Positions 35,175 through 44,873 of a stretch of 45,831 bases of DNA are shown here, piece by piece. The notes beneath the pieces were generated by a model. The model made no database searches. It was not told where the DNA came from and was given only the letters and a program-made list of their open reading frames with translations. The stretch covers positions 1-45,831 of the forward strand of contig JAAKFL010000002.1 of assembly GCA_011065065.1 (NCBI GenBank), given 5' to 3'. Source of the stretch: Chlamydiota bacterium (GTDB lineage: Bacteria; Chlamydiota; Chlamydiia; Chlamydiales; SLFE01). The position numbers and the translations under genes were made by a program. Position 1 is the stretch's first letter. Every line of letters begins with the position of its first letter.

Positions 35175-35997
35175 TCTCAATTGTTACCAAGATAGAATTG
35201 AACAACAGATCCAAACGATAACCACTCAGCTAGGACCCGCTTCACCTCTGCGTGATGCTTGTGAGTATGCCCTTTTATCCGGAGGAAAAAGATTTCGCCC
35301 CGCCCTTGTCCTCATGATTGCTGAAACTCTAGAAAACCACGTCGACGCTTCCTATGCCGCTCTTGCTATTGAAGCCTTTCATACAGCCTCCTTGATAGCC
35401 GACGACCTCCCTTGCATGGACAATGATGACGAACGGCGAAACCAACCCTCTCTTCACAAAAAATATGACGAAACTACCGCTCTCCTTGCAAGCTATGCCA
35501 TGATTGCAGCAGGATACGAACTCGTTTCACAAAACTCACTCCAACTCAATGATCCAGAAAGAGGGCTTATCGCTATCCAAATCACTTCCAAAAACACAGG
35601 TCTACATGGGGCCACCGGAGGACAGTACCTCGACATCAATCCTCCACACCTCACCAAAGAAGTGATCCTTGACGTCATTCAAAAGAAAACCGTTTCACTT
35701 TTTGAAATAGCATTTTCTTATGGATGGATTTTTGGCGGAGGAGATCTCAAATCATTACCCTTAGTTAAAAAAGCCTCCGAACACTTTGGAATGGCTTTTC
35801 AAATTACAGATGATATTGGCGACACGGAACAAGATATCGTCAACGGACGTCAAATTAACCTTGCTAACTTTTTGGGACATGAAGAAGCCACAAAAATGTT
35901 CCACGTGGAACTTAAAAAGTTTGAAGAGTGTGTGGGTGAGTTGGGGTTGGGGGGTTCTGGTGTTGCGTTTCTTGAAGAGTTGTTAAGCCACAGATGA
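35158..35997 (+). CDS. ispA: (E)-polyprenyl (farnesyl/geranylgeranyl) diphosphate synthase
   Basis: First Asp-rich motif LIADDLPCMDNDDERR and second Asp-rich motif FQITDDIGD. The ATG at 35158 overlaps the upstream gene by 17 nt; the track begins at a TTG at 35155. Confidence 0.85.
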   Translation: MKLIHDLNCYQDRIEQQIQTITTQLGPASPLRDACEYALLSGGKRFRPALVLMIAETLENHVDASYAALAIEAFHTASLIADDLPCMDNDDERRNQPSLHKKYDETTALLASYAMIAAGYELVSQNSLQLNDPERGLIAIQITSKNTGLHGATGGQYLDINPPHLTKEVILDVIQKKTVSLFEIAFSYGWIFGGGDLKSLPLVKKASEHFGMAFQITDDIGDTEQDIVNGRQINLANFLGHEEATKMFHVELKKFEECVGELGLGGSGVAFLEELLSHR

Positions 35998-36060
35998 ACG
36001 CTGAGATTCTTTGCGTCTTTTGCATCTTTGCGTTAAAATTTACAAAGCATTTTAGTATCT

Positions 36061-37347
<1,287 letters not shown>

Positions 37348-37423
37348 TTAATTGGATGATATATTGTTTCAAAATTAATGAAAAATAGAGTATTCTGAAT
37401 CTCTTAACTAAAAGGAGATTTTT

Positions 37424-38488
37424 ATGTCCCAACAGACAGATGAAAGAAAAAAAGCGTTAGATAACGCTGTGAGCTACATTAAGAAGCAGTTTGGTGATGG
37501 AGCGATTATGTCGCTGGGTCAAGCTGCGAGTCGCGGAGTGAGTGTGATCTCTACGGGTGCGTTGACATTAGATACTGCATTAGGGATAGGTGGTGTTCCA
37601 CGAGGACGTATCGTGGAAATTTATGGTCCGGAAGCTTCCGGGAAGTCTACTTTGGCATTGCATATTGTTGCAAATGCTCAAAAGTCTGGAGGCTTAGCGG
37701 CTTATGTCGATGCTGAGCATGCGGTGGATCCTGGTTATGCGGCGAAGATAGGGGTGAATATAGATGAATTATTAATTTGCCAGCCGGATAGCGGTGAAGA
37801 GGCTTTGAACATTGTGGAAGCCCTCACTCGTTCGAATGCAGTGGATGTGATAGTAATCGATTCTGTAGCGGCTTTGGTTCCCAAGTCTGAGCTTGAAGGA
37901 GAAATTGGTGACTCGTTTATGGGGTTGCATGCGCGAATGATGTCTCAAGCGATGCGAAAGTTGACAGCAGCGCTAGCAAAAAGCAACACATGTGCGGTTT
38001 TCATTAACCAAGTGCGTGAAAAGATCGGAATTGTTTACGGAAATCCTGAAACAACAACAGGTGGAAGGGCTCTTAAGTTTTATGCTTCTGTTCGTCTTGA
38101 GATTCGTCGTACAGGTGCAGTGAAAGGAAGCGACAACATTGATACGGGGAACAGAGTTAAGGTAAAGGTGGTTAAGAACAAAATGGCGCCTCCATTCCGC
38201 ATTGCTGAATTTGATATCATGTTTGATGAAGGGATTTCTCGAACGGGTTCAGCAATTGATCTCGGAGTGCTATATGAGATTATCGATAAGAAAGGGGCTT
38301 GGTTTAGCTACAATAGTGAGCGGCTAGGACAAGGACGTGAAGCTGTTCGTGAATTGTTGAAGAAGAATGCCGAACTTCTCGAAGAAATCGAAAATAAAAT
38401 TATGATAAAGCATCGTGAAGCGTGCGGATTGGCTCCTTTGGATGCTGAACAAGATTCAAAAATAGAAGAAGCGATTGAGTCAAACTAA
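37424..38488 (+). CDS. recA: recombinase A
   Basis: 354 aa with [13 protein letters not shown], Walker [23 protein letters not shown] and [10 protein letters not shown]. An AAGGAG SD is present. Confidence 0.95.
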   Translation: MSQQTDERKKALDNAVSYIKKQFGDGAIMSLGQAASRGVSVISTGALTLDTALGIGGVPRGRIVEIYGPEASGKSTLALHIVANAQKSGGLAAYVDAEHAVDPGYAAKIGVNIDELLICQPDSGEEALNIVEALTRSNAVDVIVIDSVAALVPKSELEGEIGDSFMGLHARMMSQAMRKLTAALAKSNTCAVFINQVREKIGIVYGNPETTTGGRALKFYASVRLEIRRTGAVKGSDNIDTGNRVKVKVVKNKMAPPFRIAEFDIMFDEGISRTGSAIDLGVLYEIIDKKGAWFSYNSERLGQGREAVRELLKKNAELLEEIENKIMIKHREACGLAPLDAEQDSKIEEAIESN

Positions 38489-38502
38489 GATTAAAAATCT
38501 CA

Positions 38503-38527
38503 GGATGCAGATATTCTCTCTGCATCC
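38503..38527 (+). terminator. stem-loop after recA (weak terminator or attenuator candidate)
   Basis: ggatgcaga (38503-38511) pairs with tctgcatcc (38519-38527) around a 7-nt loop. No clear U-tract. It lies 20 nt before the next start codon. Confidence 0.35.
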
Positions 38528-38547
38528 GAATATCCCTTTGTAAAGTG

Positions 38548-40317
38548 ATGGAAGTTCGTTCTAATTTTCAAGATTTTTCATCAAAAATCCATGGCAATTT
38601 TGTCACAAAGACTCTCGGTAAAGCCGAAGATTACGGATTGATGATTACGGATTTAGTGGGAGAGTTTGTATTTGATCAATATGCCTCTATGAAACATGGT
38701 GAGAGGGCTTATTCTCGCAAGTTTTGCAATGAATTAAGAATGTATCCAGAAGACAAGGTTTTGGATTCTGAGGATGCGTTTCGTATTTCAAGAAGATATG
38801 AACGTGAAGCGATAAAATATTTGTTTAAAAGAAAGGTTTTGAAGCGTGGAAGAAAAGAAACCGATCTTGTTGAATTCTTAGATTATGTTCGCCCAATGGC
38901 AAAGTTTGTCGGCGCGAGTGGATTGACTGCTTTATCAGTCCCTTTAACATTTCCTGTTGCGATAAATTCTTTGGGATTAAGGCTGGCTTTACGGAGAGAC
39001 CGTAATCCGGTTATTTGCATTGGGAAGACACGGTCTGTAAACTTACCTAAAGGTAAAAAGTTTTCGATCATGACGTATAATACTCGTTTGTTTGAAAGCA
39101 ATATTTTGAATCGTATGTATGGCTTTAGAGACTCAAACATACGTGGTAAAGGAATTGCACGTCAAATTAGGCGGTGTAGATCTTCAGTGGTTTGTTTGCA
39201 GGGAACTTATGACACCAAAACTGTGAGGCATCAAATTGTACCTCAATTAGCTCGCGGTGGTTACAACATTTCTATGACCGTAAAGCCAGAAAAAACTGTG
39301 GGGATGTCACCGGGGTTGTTCACGGCTAGTTATTATCCGATTAAGGACGTTGCGTTTTATAAGTTTTCTCATAAAGAGTGTGAACCGCGGGTATCAAAAG
39401 GAGTTCTGATAGTCACGATCGAGATAAAAAAAGGGAAATACATTGCAGTTGCCAATACGCGGTTAGAAGGTCCTTATGATGAAGTTCCGAAGGAATTTGT
39501 GCGAAAGGGGTATAAGGAGGAATTACGGGAATGGCAACTTAAACAGATTAAAAAAATTATCTCAAATTATTGTCTCCACTCTCCCTATGAAATATCTGAT
39601 ATTATTTTAGCAGGTGATTTTCATATAGGACGTTATACAACTCCCATTTGTAAAAGTCCCTACAAGGCTGTTGAAAATCCAGAATACGAAGTTTTTAGGA
39701 GAGTTATACTAAAAAAAGGTAAAAAGACAGGCCTCAAATTTAAGGATTTAAACTTTCCTGATAGTGATCTTTCATTTAAAAAAGCTTGGCAACCTAGGTA
39801 TCCGAGTCATGAAGAAGATCACATTTATCATAATGAAACCGGATCCGTGTCGGGTACTCTCTTGGATACGAGAGCCTTTACTTATCAGTATTTTATCGAT
39901 CTTGTGGCTTGGAAAACATTTGATTATCTTGTTGCCCACCCACTGGTTTACTACAAGAAAGATATATTTGGAAAAAGTAAAAAAATGATTAAAGCTCCTC
40001 TTTTTGAACATGTTTTGGAATTTATACAATCCTCCCTAAAGGGGCTGAAACATAAAAAAGAGTTCTATTTGACCATAGGTTGGAGGAAAATTCAAAGATT
40101 ATGGGTTGAAAAAGCTTACAAAAAGGTTTTTTCGGACGTTGAATTGAATCTTTACACGAGACCTGACTGCGTAGACCATATTTGTTTAGCAAAACGTTCA
40201 AAAAACATATTTTCCAAAAAAGGGCATACAAATCGAGTGATTCTTCCTTGCTCGGAAATAGGGCTTCTATCTGATAAGCTCATCACGAGAGTATCTCTAG
40301 TGCTCTGTCACCACTAA
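38548..40317 (+). CDS. EEP-fold (sphingomyelinase C-like endonuclease/exonuclease/phosphatase) domain protein, apparently with substituted catalytic residues
   Basis: ~589 aa. The block order matches bacterial SMase and EEP proteins: FSIMTYNTRLF, SSVVCLQGTYD, KGVLIVTIEIKKGKYIAVANTRLEG, DIILAGDFHIG, VDHICLA and LLSDKLIT. The N-terminal ~170 aa contain a hydrophobic stretch (FVGASGLTALSVPLTFPVAINSLGLRLAL). Confidence 0.5.
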   Translation: MEVRSNFQDFSSKIHGNFVTKTLGKAEDYGLMITDLVGEFVFDQYASMKHGERAYSRKFCNELRMYPEDKVLDSEDAFRISRRYEREAIKYLFKRKVLKRGRKETDLVEFLDYVRPMAKFVGASGLTALSVPLTFPVAINSLGLRLALRRDRNPVICIGKTRSVNLPKGKKFSIMTYNTRLFESNILNRMYGFRDSNIRGKGIARQIRRCRSSVVCLQGTYDTKTVRHQIVPQLARGGYNISMTVKPEKTVGMSPGLFTASYYPIKDVAFYKFSHKECEPRVSKGVLIVTIEIKKGKYIAVANTRLEGPYDEVPKEFVRKGYKEELREWQLKQIKKIISNYCLHSPYEISDIILAGDFHIGRYTTPICKSPYKAVENPEYEVFRRVILKKGKKTGLKFKDLNFPDSDLSFKKAWQPRYPSHEEDHIYHNETGSVSGTLLDTRAFTYQYFIDLVAWKTFDYLVAHPLVYYKKDIFGKSKKMIKAPLFEHVLEFIQSSLKGLKHKKEFYLTIGWRKIQRLWVEKAYKKVFSDVELNLYTRPDCVDHICLAKRSKNIFSKKGHTNRVILPCSEIGLLSDKLITRVSLVLCHH

Positions 40318-40460
40318 ATTGATGGCATCTTCATCAATCTTTTTTTCCAGGGCTTCTTGCTCGATCTAGCAAACTTTACTAAGTTTGCGTCGATCTCCGC
40401 ACTTCGCCCGGAAAAAAAAGCTTGATGAAGATGCCATCAATTTAGTGGTGACAGAGCACT
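40299..40460. mobile_element. MITE-like element or long palindrome C: perfect 39-bp inverted arms around an 84-nt partly palindromic spacer
   Basis: The arm 40299-40337 (agtgctctgtcaccactaaattgatggcatcttcatcaa) is the exact reverse complement of 40422-40460. The spacer contains the nested hairpin gcaaactt/aagtttgc and tttttttcc.gggc / gcccggaaaaaaaa. The left arm encodes the last codons and stop of the upstream CDS. Confidence 0.75.
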
Positions 40461-40470
40461 GAAGAAAAAA

Positions 40471-41019
40471 TCAAAATAACTCAAGAATTTTTAAAGGGAT
40501 ATCTTTTGAGTGAATGGGCAGAGTGTGTTCGAAGAACTGTTCTTGATACCCTACACCGACAGTGATTACACTGGGTTTACAGAGTGGTAGCAGGCGATCA
40601 TAGTATCCTTTTCCATACCCAATGCGATTGTGATGTTTATCAAATGCGATGCCCGGAATGAATGCGATATCAACATCCCAAGGATTAATTTCCTCACATT
40701 TTTCAGGAATTGGTTCTGATATTCCCCATGATGAAAGACGCAGATCTGCAAGGTTTTTGATGTGAAATAACCTCAGTTGATCCCTTTCAACAAGAGGTAA
40801 AACTAGCCTTTCTTTTTCACACAACCATGTATTGAATTCCCAAAGACAGAGTTCTGACTGAAAACTGGCGTAAGAAAGAACCATTTTACCATTGGATACA
40901 TGGGACTTGAGAGATTGAGTGGCGTTTTGACTCGCCAAACCTCGTCTTTCCTCGGAAAGGCTGTCCCGAAGCTGATGCATTGAATCACGAATGTCATGTT
41001 TACAGTACAGGTTTACCAT
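40471..41019 (-). CDS. 5-formyltetrahydrofolate cyclo-ligase
   Basis: 182 aa with an MTHFS-like layout (LR..L....R near the N-terminus; IAFIPGIAFDKHHNRIGYGKGYYDR near the C-terminus). An alternative start is the ATG at 40980. Confidence 0.75.
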   Translation of the reverse strand: MVNLYCKHDIRDSMHQLRDSLSEERRGLASQNATQSLKSHVSNGKMVLSYASFQSELCLWEFNTWLCEKERLVLPLVERDQLRLFHIKNLADLRLSSWGISEPIPEKCEEINPWDVDIAFIPGIAFDKHHNRIGYGKGYYDRLLPLCKPSVITVGVGYQEQFFEHTLPIHSKDIPLKILELF

Positions 41020-42265
41020 TTTTCACTTTGACCTTTGCTGTGAGATTCCCATTAGCGTCGAATAGAGTGGCGATTCCATTTCCATTCGCAATGCGTGAAA
41101 CTGGGTTTGTATCATCTTTGCGATAATATTCCCCTTTCACAAGAGAATCTTTTTCGTATTCTTCAATCATCATCAGAGCTCCATCCCGATACCAAGTCAT
41201 GAGAACCCCATCTTTCTGGACGTTATTCATCTCTCTTTGACTTTCTTGAGTCCCATCCCGATACCAGGTTTTCACGGTTCCTTGAAGTTGCCCTGCAATC
41301 CAGTAAGTGGAAATTTTGGGGATAGTCCCTTTACTTTCCGGATAATACTCAATATCTTCTCCGTTTTTTAACCCATTTTTCACTTGATAAATCTGCAGAA
41401 TAAATCCTTCAGGACTAAAGACTTTAATCTCGCCTTCGGGCTCCCCGCGAATGTATTGTTGTTGTTCAACGAAGTAATCTTTGGCAAAAATGGCCTTATA
41501 TCCTTCTCCATAGCGGATAGAGCAAACTTCATTGCCTTTATTGTCATAGTAGAATCCAAATTGCAATAAACCATCATCATAAGTCTCTTCATAAGCGAGT
41601 TGATTGGGGTCCCAATACCGGTATGATTTTCCGTGGGGAAGTCCGTTTCGATATTCGATCGAGGAAAGAAGCTCGCCATTATCGAGATAAATCATTCGAG
41701 TTCCGTTCTCGAGATTTTTGTGAAAGTTCACAGTTTTCCAAACGTTACCCGAAGAGTGATAGTAGATGGATTTCCCTTGTAGCATCCCTTTTAAGTAAGG
41801 AATCTCAGCAATCAAGCACCCGTCATCATTCCAAATATTGGCAGTACAACCAAAGATCCAGGTTTGTTGTGCCGCATCAGATAAATCGGGCTCTCCTTCC
41901 AGCACAATAGCTTCAACATTCTTTATTCCATTGCTGTGCCAGGAGTAATAATTTCCAGAAGCACGCCCATTGATGATTTCCACATATTGAAACGGTTGCC
42001 CGTTTGGATGATAGGTAATTAATTCTCCGCGGACATTTCCTTGACCATCGCGATAGAAGACACGGAGAACCTTTTCATAAGGCTGTGAAGTCAAAAAATT
42101 CACCGCCTCATATTGCTCTAGACGATCACAATTGCTAATGGTTTCGGAAAACCCATTGCGGTCGGTAATACTTATGCTCGATAATCGCTCCTCTATTGGA
42201 ACAGAAGGAGCGCACCCAGAGAAACATAAACATAGGGCGCAAATCAAAAATACAGCATATTTCAT
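41000..42265 (-). CDS. MORN-variant / YwqK-type repeat lipoprotein
   Basis: Lipobox signal MKYAVFLICALCLCFSG|C. There are many ~23-aa repeats of the G.....Y..NG-type (for example GKSIYYHSSGNVWKTVNFHKNLENGTRMIYLDNGEL). The ATG at 42265 is preferred over the GTG at 42292. Confidence 0.65.
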   Translation of the reverse strand: MKYAVFLICALCLCFSGCAPSVPIEERLSSISITDRNGFSETISNCDRLEQYEAVNFLTSQPYEKVLRVFYRDGQGNVRGELITYHPNGQPFQYVEIINGRASGNYYSWHSNGIKNVEAIVLEGEPDLSDAAQQTWIFGCTANIWNDDGCLIAEIPYLKGMLQGKSIYYHSSGNVWKTVNFHKNLENGTRMIYLDNGELLSSIEYRNGLPHGKSYRYWDPNQLAYEETYDDGLLQFGFYYDNKGNEVCSIRYGEGYKAIFAKDYFVEQQQYIRGEPEGEIKVFSPEGFILQIYQVKNGLKNGEDIEYYPESKGTIPKISTYWIAGQLQGTVKTWYRDGTQESQREMNNVQKDGVLMTWYRDGALMMIEEYEKDSLVKGEYYRKDDTNPVSRIANGNGIATLFDANGNLTAKVKVKNGKPVL

Positions 42266-42269
42266 GGCG

Positions 42270-42908
42270 TTATGGCTCCGTTGAATATTCACGTTTTAAC
42301 AATTTTAAGTTTAAGTTGAAAATCTCGTTATCCTTACCCGCATATTTCTTTTCCAGCTTAAAGTCTGTGATGAGAAGTTGCAATGGATTGGGACCCGGCT
42401 GATAGGGACCGATGTCAATGCCTTCAATTTTGGCAAGGATGTTTTGCAAATCATTTAAGTCGGTTTCAACCGGATGAACTAGCGTTTCAAGGGTTTCTGT
42501 GAAGTAAGGATAAGATTGGACGACTCCTTCGGCAAATACAATCGAGTTCTTTTCTTTTAAGAAGTTGAGACGGTTCGTGACAGCCTCGTTCTCAATAAAG
42601 TTATTCTGACGTGCAATCTTTTCCAAACTCTCAGTTTCTGGCTTTAGAAGAGTGATGGATTCGATATTTTTATCTATGTAAAACCGGTCAGCATTTTGGT
42701 AATGGTTCATGACGGCTTTATTGGTCGCTTGCTTCTTTTCTTTGATCAATGCGGATTCATAAGTATAGGAAATATTTTCTCCAATCGACGAGACCTCGGA
42801 TGAATAAGAATAGAGTTGATAGAGCATAAATAGGATGGGTAGGCTTCCTGCTATGAGAGCGTAAACAATAAGACGGGATTGTGAAATTGATCTTAAGAAT
42901 TTGTTCAT
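42270..42908 (-). CDS. single-pass membrane protein, GspM/PilO-like by position and topology
   Basis: 212 aa with an N-terminal TM segment (LIVYALIAGSLPILFMLYQLY). It is translationally coupled (ATGA) to the upstream GspL/PilM-like gene. No sequence motif recognised. Confidence 0.35.
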   Translation of the reverse strand: MNKFLRSISQSRLIVYALIAGSLPILFMLYQLYSYSSEVSSIGENISYTYESALIKEKKQATNKAVMNHYQNADRFYIDKNIESITLLKPETESLEKIARQNNFIENEAVTNRLNFLKEKNSIVFAEGVVQSYPYFTETLETLVHPVETDLNDLQNILAKIEGIDIGPYQPGPNPLQLLITDFKLEKKYAGKDNEIFNLNLKLLKREYSTEP

Positions 42909-44524
42909 AGGCTTTTTCTCCGTTTAGGTGTTCGATTACGCAGATAAAACGAAGTCCGATAAATATCCCCGCTTGAAGTCCATTTAACCTCTCCTTTTGG
43001 ATCGACAATGTCATTCGGAGCGATCAAGGCATCATGAAATTCACGTGCCAACTTGGGTATGTCGGAACTAAACTCAATTTCCACCTTTACACGATACTTC
43101 TCATTCTTTTTTTTCGCATCGGGCCTTTTCACCATCACATACTGAAAATTTTTGATATTCAATAGAGGTTTCCCTGTCGACTCATCAGCAACCAAAGGAT
43201 GCTTGGCCAGCCATGCCAGGACATCACTCACTCTTGGTGTATCAGGCAAAAGCTGGAAAGTATTGGGAGATTTTAAAATCATGTTTTGCAAGAGATCAAG
43301 CCGGCCCATCAGCTGCCCTGTAGTCATATCTCTGAGAGGTGGTGATGTTTCGTAAGGATTTTTTTCTAAAAAGTCGTTTTCAAAGGAGGAATAGGGCTTT
43401 TCAATTGCTTTAAGGAGGCGTGAGTAGTTTTCCTTGACATGATCGAATCGAGACTCAATCCAAGCGTTCCCCATAAAATATAAGACGAAGGCGATGACTA
43501 TCGAAGCCCCAAAGTAGCAAAGAAGAGGAAACTTTATCCGTTTCCATGGATCCCCGTATGCTAATTCGGCCTTCCTAAAATTGATCGCCGGGTCTTCTCC
43601 GGCCATCGAATCAAGAGCCAAACCAATCGGGATGGCATATTCTTGTAAGATTTCGCTTGTCTGCCCAAACTGGGGCTCCGGACGGGAAATTTCCACATGC
43701 AAACCATCGGAAAAAATTGTTTCAATCCCATTGAGGGAGGCACCGTGACCCGTCAATAATACCTTCGCGATGTTTTCTCCTTTATGCTGCTTAACAAGAG
43801 CGAAAATCGCACGACTCACCTCTTGTTTTAAACGAATAACGAATTGGTGGAGAGTCGGCATTTTTTCAAGATTTCCAGAAGAAAAATCAACATCTGATAT
43901 ACTTTTATCAGATCCCAAAGCTTCCACCGCCACAGATAATCCTAATGGAATCGCATGTTCTGCTAAAAGCTTTCCCTTCTCAGCCAAAATACATAGAGTC
44001 TCATCCATGCCGAAATGGAGAATGAGCGTCGGTAAGCCTGAAGACGGCGAGCTCAATGCATTGGCAAATGTCGCAAGAGCAACTGGTGAGGTCGACACAA
44101 CTTCTGGGTCGATGTCCAATTTTTGTAACGCTTCGATATGAGATTGAATCAACTCTTTTTTCACAGCCAAAATCGTCAAATTAGTACTCGATTTCGTTTG
44201 AGAAATCTCAATACTCTCCAAAATTGACTCTTCTATTGGAAATGGAACAAGGGGTTCAGCCTGAAAAGTCAAAACAGCATCCACGTCCTTTTTCTTGGTT
44301 AACTTGATCTGAAGAGATCTCACTAAAACATCACGAGCCGAAAGACTTGAAACCAAAATAGCCTGGTCATTTGGAATGTCAAGCCGCTTTACATTGGCTA
44401 AATCCAATGTCTTCACTTCAGTGATTTTTGGGATTCCTTTATCGGAAGAAATATTTGCAATTTTGAGGTTATTTCCCGAGAAGAAGAGTCCGACTGCGGA
44501 AGTAGATGTTAAGATTTCGAGCAT
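42905..44524 (-). CDS. GspL/PilM-like secretion or pilus assembly protein (actin-like ATPase-fold domain + TM + periplasmic domain)
   Basis: ~539 aa. The N-terminus is PilM-like (AVGLFFSGNNLKIANIS ...VLLTGHGASLNGIETIFSDGL), followed by one TM segment (FPLLCYFGASIVIAFVLYFMG) and a C-terminal domain. The ATG at 44524 is preferred over the TTG at 44530. Confidence 0.5.
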   Translation of the reverse strand: MLEILTSTSAVGLFFSGNNLKIANISSDKGIPKITEVKTLDLANVKRLDIPNDQAILVSSLSARDVLVRSLQIKLTKKKDVDAVLTFQAEPLVPFPIEESILESIEISQTKSSTNLTILAVKKELIQSHIEALQKLDIDPEVVSTSPVALATFANALSSPSSGLPTLILHFGMDETLCILAEKGKLLAEHAIPLGLSVAVEALGSDKSISDVDFSSGNLEKMPTLHQFVIRLKQEVSRAIFALVKQHKGENIAKVLLTGHGASLNGIETIFSDGLHVEISRPEPQFGQTSEILQEYAIPIGLALDSMAGEDPAINFRKAELAYGDPWKRIKFPLLCYFGASIVIAFVLYFMGNAWIESRFDHVKENYSRLLKAIEKPYSSFENDFLEKNPYETSPPLRDMTTGQLMGRLDLLQNMILKSPNTFQLLPDTPRVSDVLAWLAKHPLVADESTGKPLLNIKNFQYVMVKRPDAKKKNEKYRVKVEIEFSSDIPKLAREFHDALIAPNDIVDPKGEVKWTSSGDIYRTSFYLRNRTPKRRKSL

Positions 44525-44606
44525 AGACAAGGCCTTTACATATTAATCGTAAGAGTTTAATATACAGTATAATTTTACTTTTTATCAAGTAAGAGGGTCT
44601 TTTTTT

Positions 44607-44873
44607 ATGATTTTACTTATAGAAGCTATCGATAAATTATTTTTAATTTATATGATAATGATATTTGTTCGTATTTTGGGTTCTTGGTTCCCTGAGTTTC
44701 AAGGTCATACGGTGATGCGATTCATTTCTCATTACACCGACCCCTATTTAAATATTTTTAAAAGAATTATTCCTCCGTTGGGTATGTTTGATCTGAGTCC
44801 CATCGTAGCGATATTTGCCCTTCAGATCATAGAGTCAGTAATAAAATCTTTATTAATAAGAATCATATTGTGA
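44607..44873 (+). CDS. yggT: YggT-family membrane protein
   Basis: 88 aa with two TM segments and the YggT-like motif FVRILGSWFP. Confidence 0.7.
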   Translation: MILLIEAIDKLFLIYMIMIFVRILGSWFPEFQGHTVMRFISHYTDPYLNIFKRIIPPLGMFDLSPIVAIFALQIIESVIKSLLIRIIL

